Shown piece by piece: positions 60,461 through 64,000 of a stretch of 64,000 nucleotides of DNA. Location: positions 21,142,001 through 21,206,000 of the forward strand of contig JBHGNT010000005.1 in NCBI GenBank assembly GCA_043228905.1, written 5' to 3'. The position numbers and the translations under genes are program-made. The DNA is from Azolla caroliniana (Eukaryota > Plantae > Polypodiophyta). The notes beneath the pieces are model-generated. The model was not told the origin of the DNA. It did no database searches and saw nothing but the letters and a program-made list of their open reading frames with translations. Within the stretch, counting starts at the first letter, position 1. Every line of letters starts with the position of its first letter.

Positions 60461-63400
60461 AACTCCCCCTTCACTCTGGTATGGGATGTCTGGTTAGTCC
60501 AATTTGCTTCTGACATGCGTCCAGCTTGTCGGGCGTTAGCACCTTGGGTCACCTTGGTCAGCATATCTGACCCATTCTCCTCCTACTGGATCTTCGTCAG
60601 CACGAACTCTCGATCGTCCACTCGCTCCCGGATACAGTGGTACCTCCACTGGATGTGCTTCGTCCTGGAATGATACACCGTGTTCTCCGCAAGGTGGATG
60701 ACACTTTCGCTGTCGCAATAGAGCCGGTATTCCTCTTGCTAGATCCCTAACTCTTTGATGTAGTCCTTCACCCATAGTATTTCCTTGCCGGCTTCCACAG
60801 CCGCCATGTACTCCGCCTCCATGGTTGACAACACAATCATCTTCTGCAGCCTTGACTACCACGAAACAGCTCCCCCTGCATATGTCAGAACATATCCCGA
60901 TGTTGACCAGTTGGTATCCGCATTAGCTGACATATGTGAATTGGTGAAACCGTCAAGTTGGGGTTTACCAGAGCCTAATCAGAGACACATACTTGAAGTG
61001 CCTTTCAAGTACTAGAGTATCCATTTTACCGCATTCCAGTGCTCCTTGTCGGGATTTCTCATAAACCAGCTCCCCACTACGACTGCGTATCTGATATCTG
61101 GTCTGGTACACACCATTGCATACATCAAGCTCCTGACAGCAAAGGCATATGGTATCTTCATGATATCCACCTTCTCTGCCTTCATCTTCGAGCTTTGCTT
61201 ACCGGATAACTTGCAGTTTTCCAGGAGTGTTGATCCGACCGGTTTCGCATCTGACATGTTGAACTGCTGAAGCACCTTTCTCACGTACTTCTCCTGTGAC
61301 AGCCACAATTTCTTTTATGACGGGTTCCCGATGATATGCATCCCCAGTATCTGTGTTGCCGGACCCAAGTTTTTCATTGAGAAGTTCCGGTTAAGGGCCT
61401 TCTTCAGCATCCGAATCTTCGCTTGGTCCTATCCGACGATCAACATGTCATGCACATATAGGAGCAATATCAGGAAGTCTCCTCCGTCAAATTTCTTCAC
61501 AAATACGTAGTGATCAGCTTGCGTCTTGTGGTACCCTTGATCGGTCATGAAGGAGTCAAACTTCCGGTACCATTGTCGGGGAGCTTGCTTCAGTCTGTAT
61601 AAGCCCTTCTTCAACCGGCAAACCAGGTGCTCCTTCCCTTTCTTCACAAATCCTTCCGGTTGCTGCATGTAGATCTCTTCTTCGAGGTCGCCGTGAAGGA
61701 ATGCCGACTTCACGTCTAGTTGGTCTACCTCGAGGTCCACTCCCTTCTTCTACTAGAACCCCTTCACCATGATCCTGGCCTTGTACCTTGGGGGATGGCC
61801 GGCATCTCCCAGTTTCCTTTCAACAACTCCACTAGTTCATACGTGTGGTTCTCATGTAGGGAATCCATGTCATCCTGCATGGCACTCAACCACTTGTGGT
61901 TGTGGATGTCAGTCTTTGCTTCTTCGAAGCTTTCCGGCTCCCCCTCATCGGTTAGCAACACGCGCTCTACATCCGGAAATCTCCCGGGAGGCCTTTTCTC
62001 ACTAAGAGGATATCTACGTCCTTGGCTTTCGGCAACCAATTCTTCTGTTTGTTCTTCATCTGAATCCAATTCGAGGTCTTGGCCGGTTCTGGTTTCCGCT
62101 TCTTCTTCTTCTTCGGTCGGTTTGGTTTCCTCTTCGTATCCGGCCGATTCTTTGAGTTTCAACTGGCTCTTAGCCGGGTAGGTCCGTATCTCATCGAACC
62201 GATCCTTACCGGTCGACTCGGAGTTCATTATCTTCTTCTCCGACTCCCAATCGGGAAGGGTCTTGTCCTCCATGAAGATAATATCTCGACTCCAGAAAAT
62301 CTTCTTGTCGACCGGATCCCACACTCGGTAGCCGAACTCATCATCGTCGTATCTGAGGAATATGCAAGGCTGGGACTTTGGATCCAACTTTGCTCTCCGG
62401 TCCTTTGCAACATGCACGTAAGCAAGACACCTGAACACCTTCAGATGCCGGTAAGACTCTTCCTTACCGGTTCACACTCTCTGCGGCGTGTCTCCGTCCA
62501 AGAGCACTAAGGGTGATCTGTTTATCATGTACGTCATTGTCGCTAGCGCCTCAGCCCAAAACTTCTTGGGTAACTTTGCATCTGCCAGCATACTCTGGAC
62601 CCTCTTCATTATGGTCCGCTTCATCCTCACGACCAGTCCGTTTAGTTCCGGCGTCTTCGGCATGGTAAATTTGAGCCAGATTACCTTCAAGCGGCAGTAC
62701 TCCTCAAATTTCCCTCAGTATTCGCCTTCGTTATTTGGTCCAACCGCCTTCAGCTTCTGTCAGGTTTCTCTTTCCACTCTTGTGTGGAGCTCCTTGAAGA
62801 TGGATAACACCTGATCCTTCGTCTTCAACGGTGTGGCTCACTGCTTCCGGCTGTAGTCGTCTATGAACGTCACGAAGTACTGCGATCTGGCATGTGACTT
62901 TGTGTCCACTTGACACACATCGGTATGCACCAGCTCCAATGGTGCATTCCGTCTCATCGGTGGTCTTGAGTGGAAGGAGGTCCGGTTTTGCTTACCGGCC
63001 AGGCAATTAGTGCACTTCTCAAGATGCACATCCTTCAACAGAATGAGGTTGTCATCGGCAAGCCTCCTCATCCCCTTCTCACTCATGTGACACAGTCTCT
63101 TGTGCCACAGATCACCAGCAATGTCGGATGCCACGTTCACTTATTCCTGGCATATCTGGGCATTCATCAAGTACAGTGTGTTGACTTTCCGGACTTGAGC
63201 CACTATTAAGCTCCCTTGGCAGAACTTCATGACACCGTTCCGAATGCTACCTATGTAGCCTTCATCATCTAGTCGATCGGTTGATATCAGGTTCAGTTGA
63301 ACCTCCGGAACGTGTCGGACATCCTTCAACAACAACTTGCATCCAGTTGATTTCGTCAACAACACATCTCCGATGCTGATAATTAGGCATGTCCCTTCAT

Positions 63401-64000
63401 TTCCCATCCGGACACAGTCGTGCTCATTGGCTGTGTAGGATGAGAAGCATTTCCGGTCTGGGGTCAGGTGGAACGACGCTCTGGAATCGACAACCCACGT
63501 TGTCTCGTCGCCGGCAAGGTTCAAGTCACTCTCCTCAGTGATAAGCATCAACTCTTCTTCACTTGCCGTGATTGCCGTCCTTCCCTTCCGGTCTGGTCCC
63601 CTCCGGTCTTTACCATTCTGGTCAGGTAACCGCTTCGAATCGGTACTGTCGGTTTCCTTATCTTTCTGAAAATGCCAACAGTTCTTCTAGAATTGTCTCG
63701 GCTTGCTGCAATAGAAGCAAGTAGGCCTCCCCCTTGACTTTGACGGTGTCCCCGACTTTTCCCGGTTCTGGGGATTATGGTTCCTTTGTCTTCCGCGTTC
63801 CGATTCGGTAAGGAGCACTTTGGAGTCGGAGATCGTATCCTTGTCTTTCTGATGCGCCTCCTCATCTAGCAAGCTCGATTTAACCCTTGCTAGGGATAGT
63901 TGTTTTCCTTCCGGCCCAACGTTGCCCAATGTGACAACTAACGTCTCCTAGCTATTTGGGAGGGAACCGAGTAGGAGTAGAGGAAGTACTTACAACGACG
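59806..64000 (-). mobile_element. Ty1/copia element 'G' (family of copia C), 5' end outside the window; degenerate
   Basis: 3' LTR 59806-60460, PPT 60461-60472, RH, RT (LLYVHD), INT, PR WVVDSRASFH, gag CFYCSKP; close protein similarity to copia C. Confidence 0.92.

Overview
Eukaryotic, very probably land-plant (moss-like; inferred from the mix of TE lineages) heterochromatin-type window. It consists almost entirely of nested transposable elements, and no host gene was recognised. Contents: five Ty1/copia elements or fragments (two families), three chromodomain-bearing Ty3/gypsy elements with self-priming rather than tRNA PBS, two tRNA-Trp-primed non-chromoviral gypsy elements, solo LTRs, one ORF1+ORF2 LINE with a (TCTA)n tail, and two Sola2-like DNA transposons. 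The most notable object is a complete 11.1-kb Sola2-like element (37846-48990; 25-bp TIRs, ATGT TSD). Besides its DDD transposase it carries a convergent multi-exon accessory gene encoding a RING-H2 finger, followed by an FCP1/HAD-like domain with a degenerate catalytic motif. Introns of both genes are filled with ~1-kb arrays of the palindrome TAGCTAATTAGCTA, which also sits next to both TIRs. All calls were made by eye; family names are motif-based and need database confirmation.
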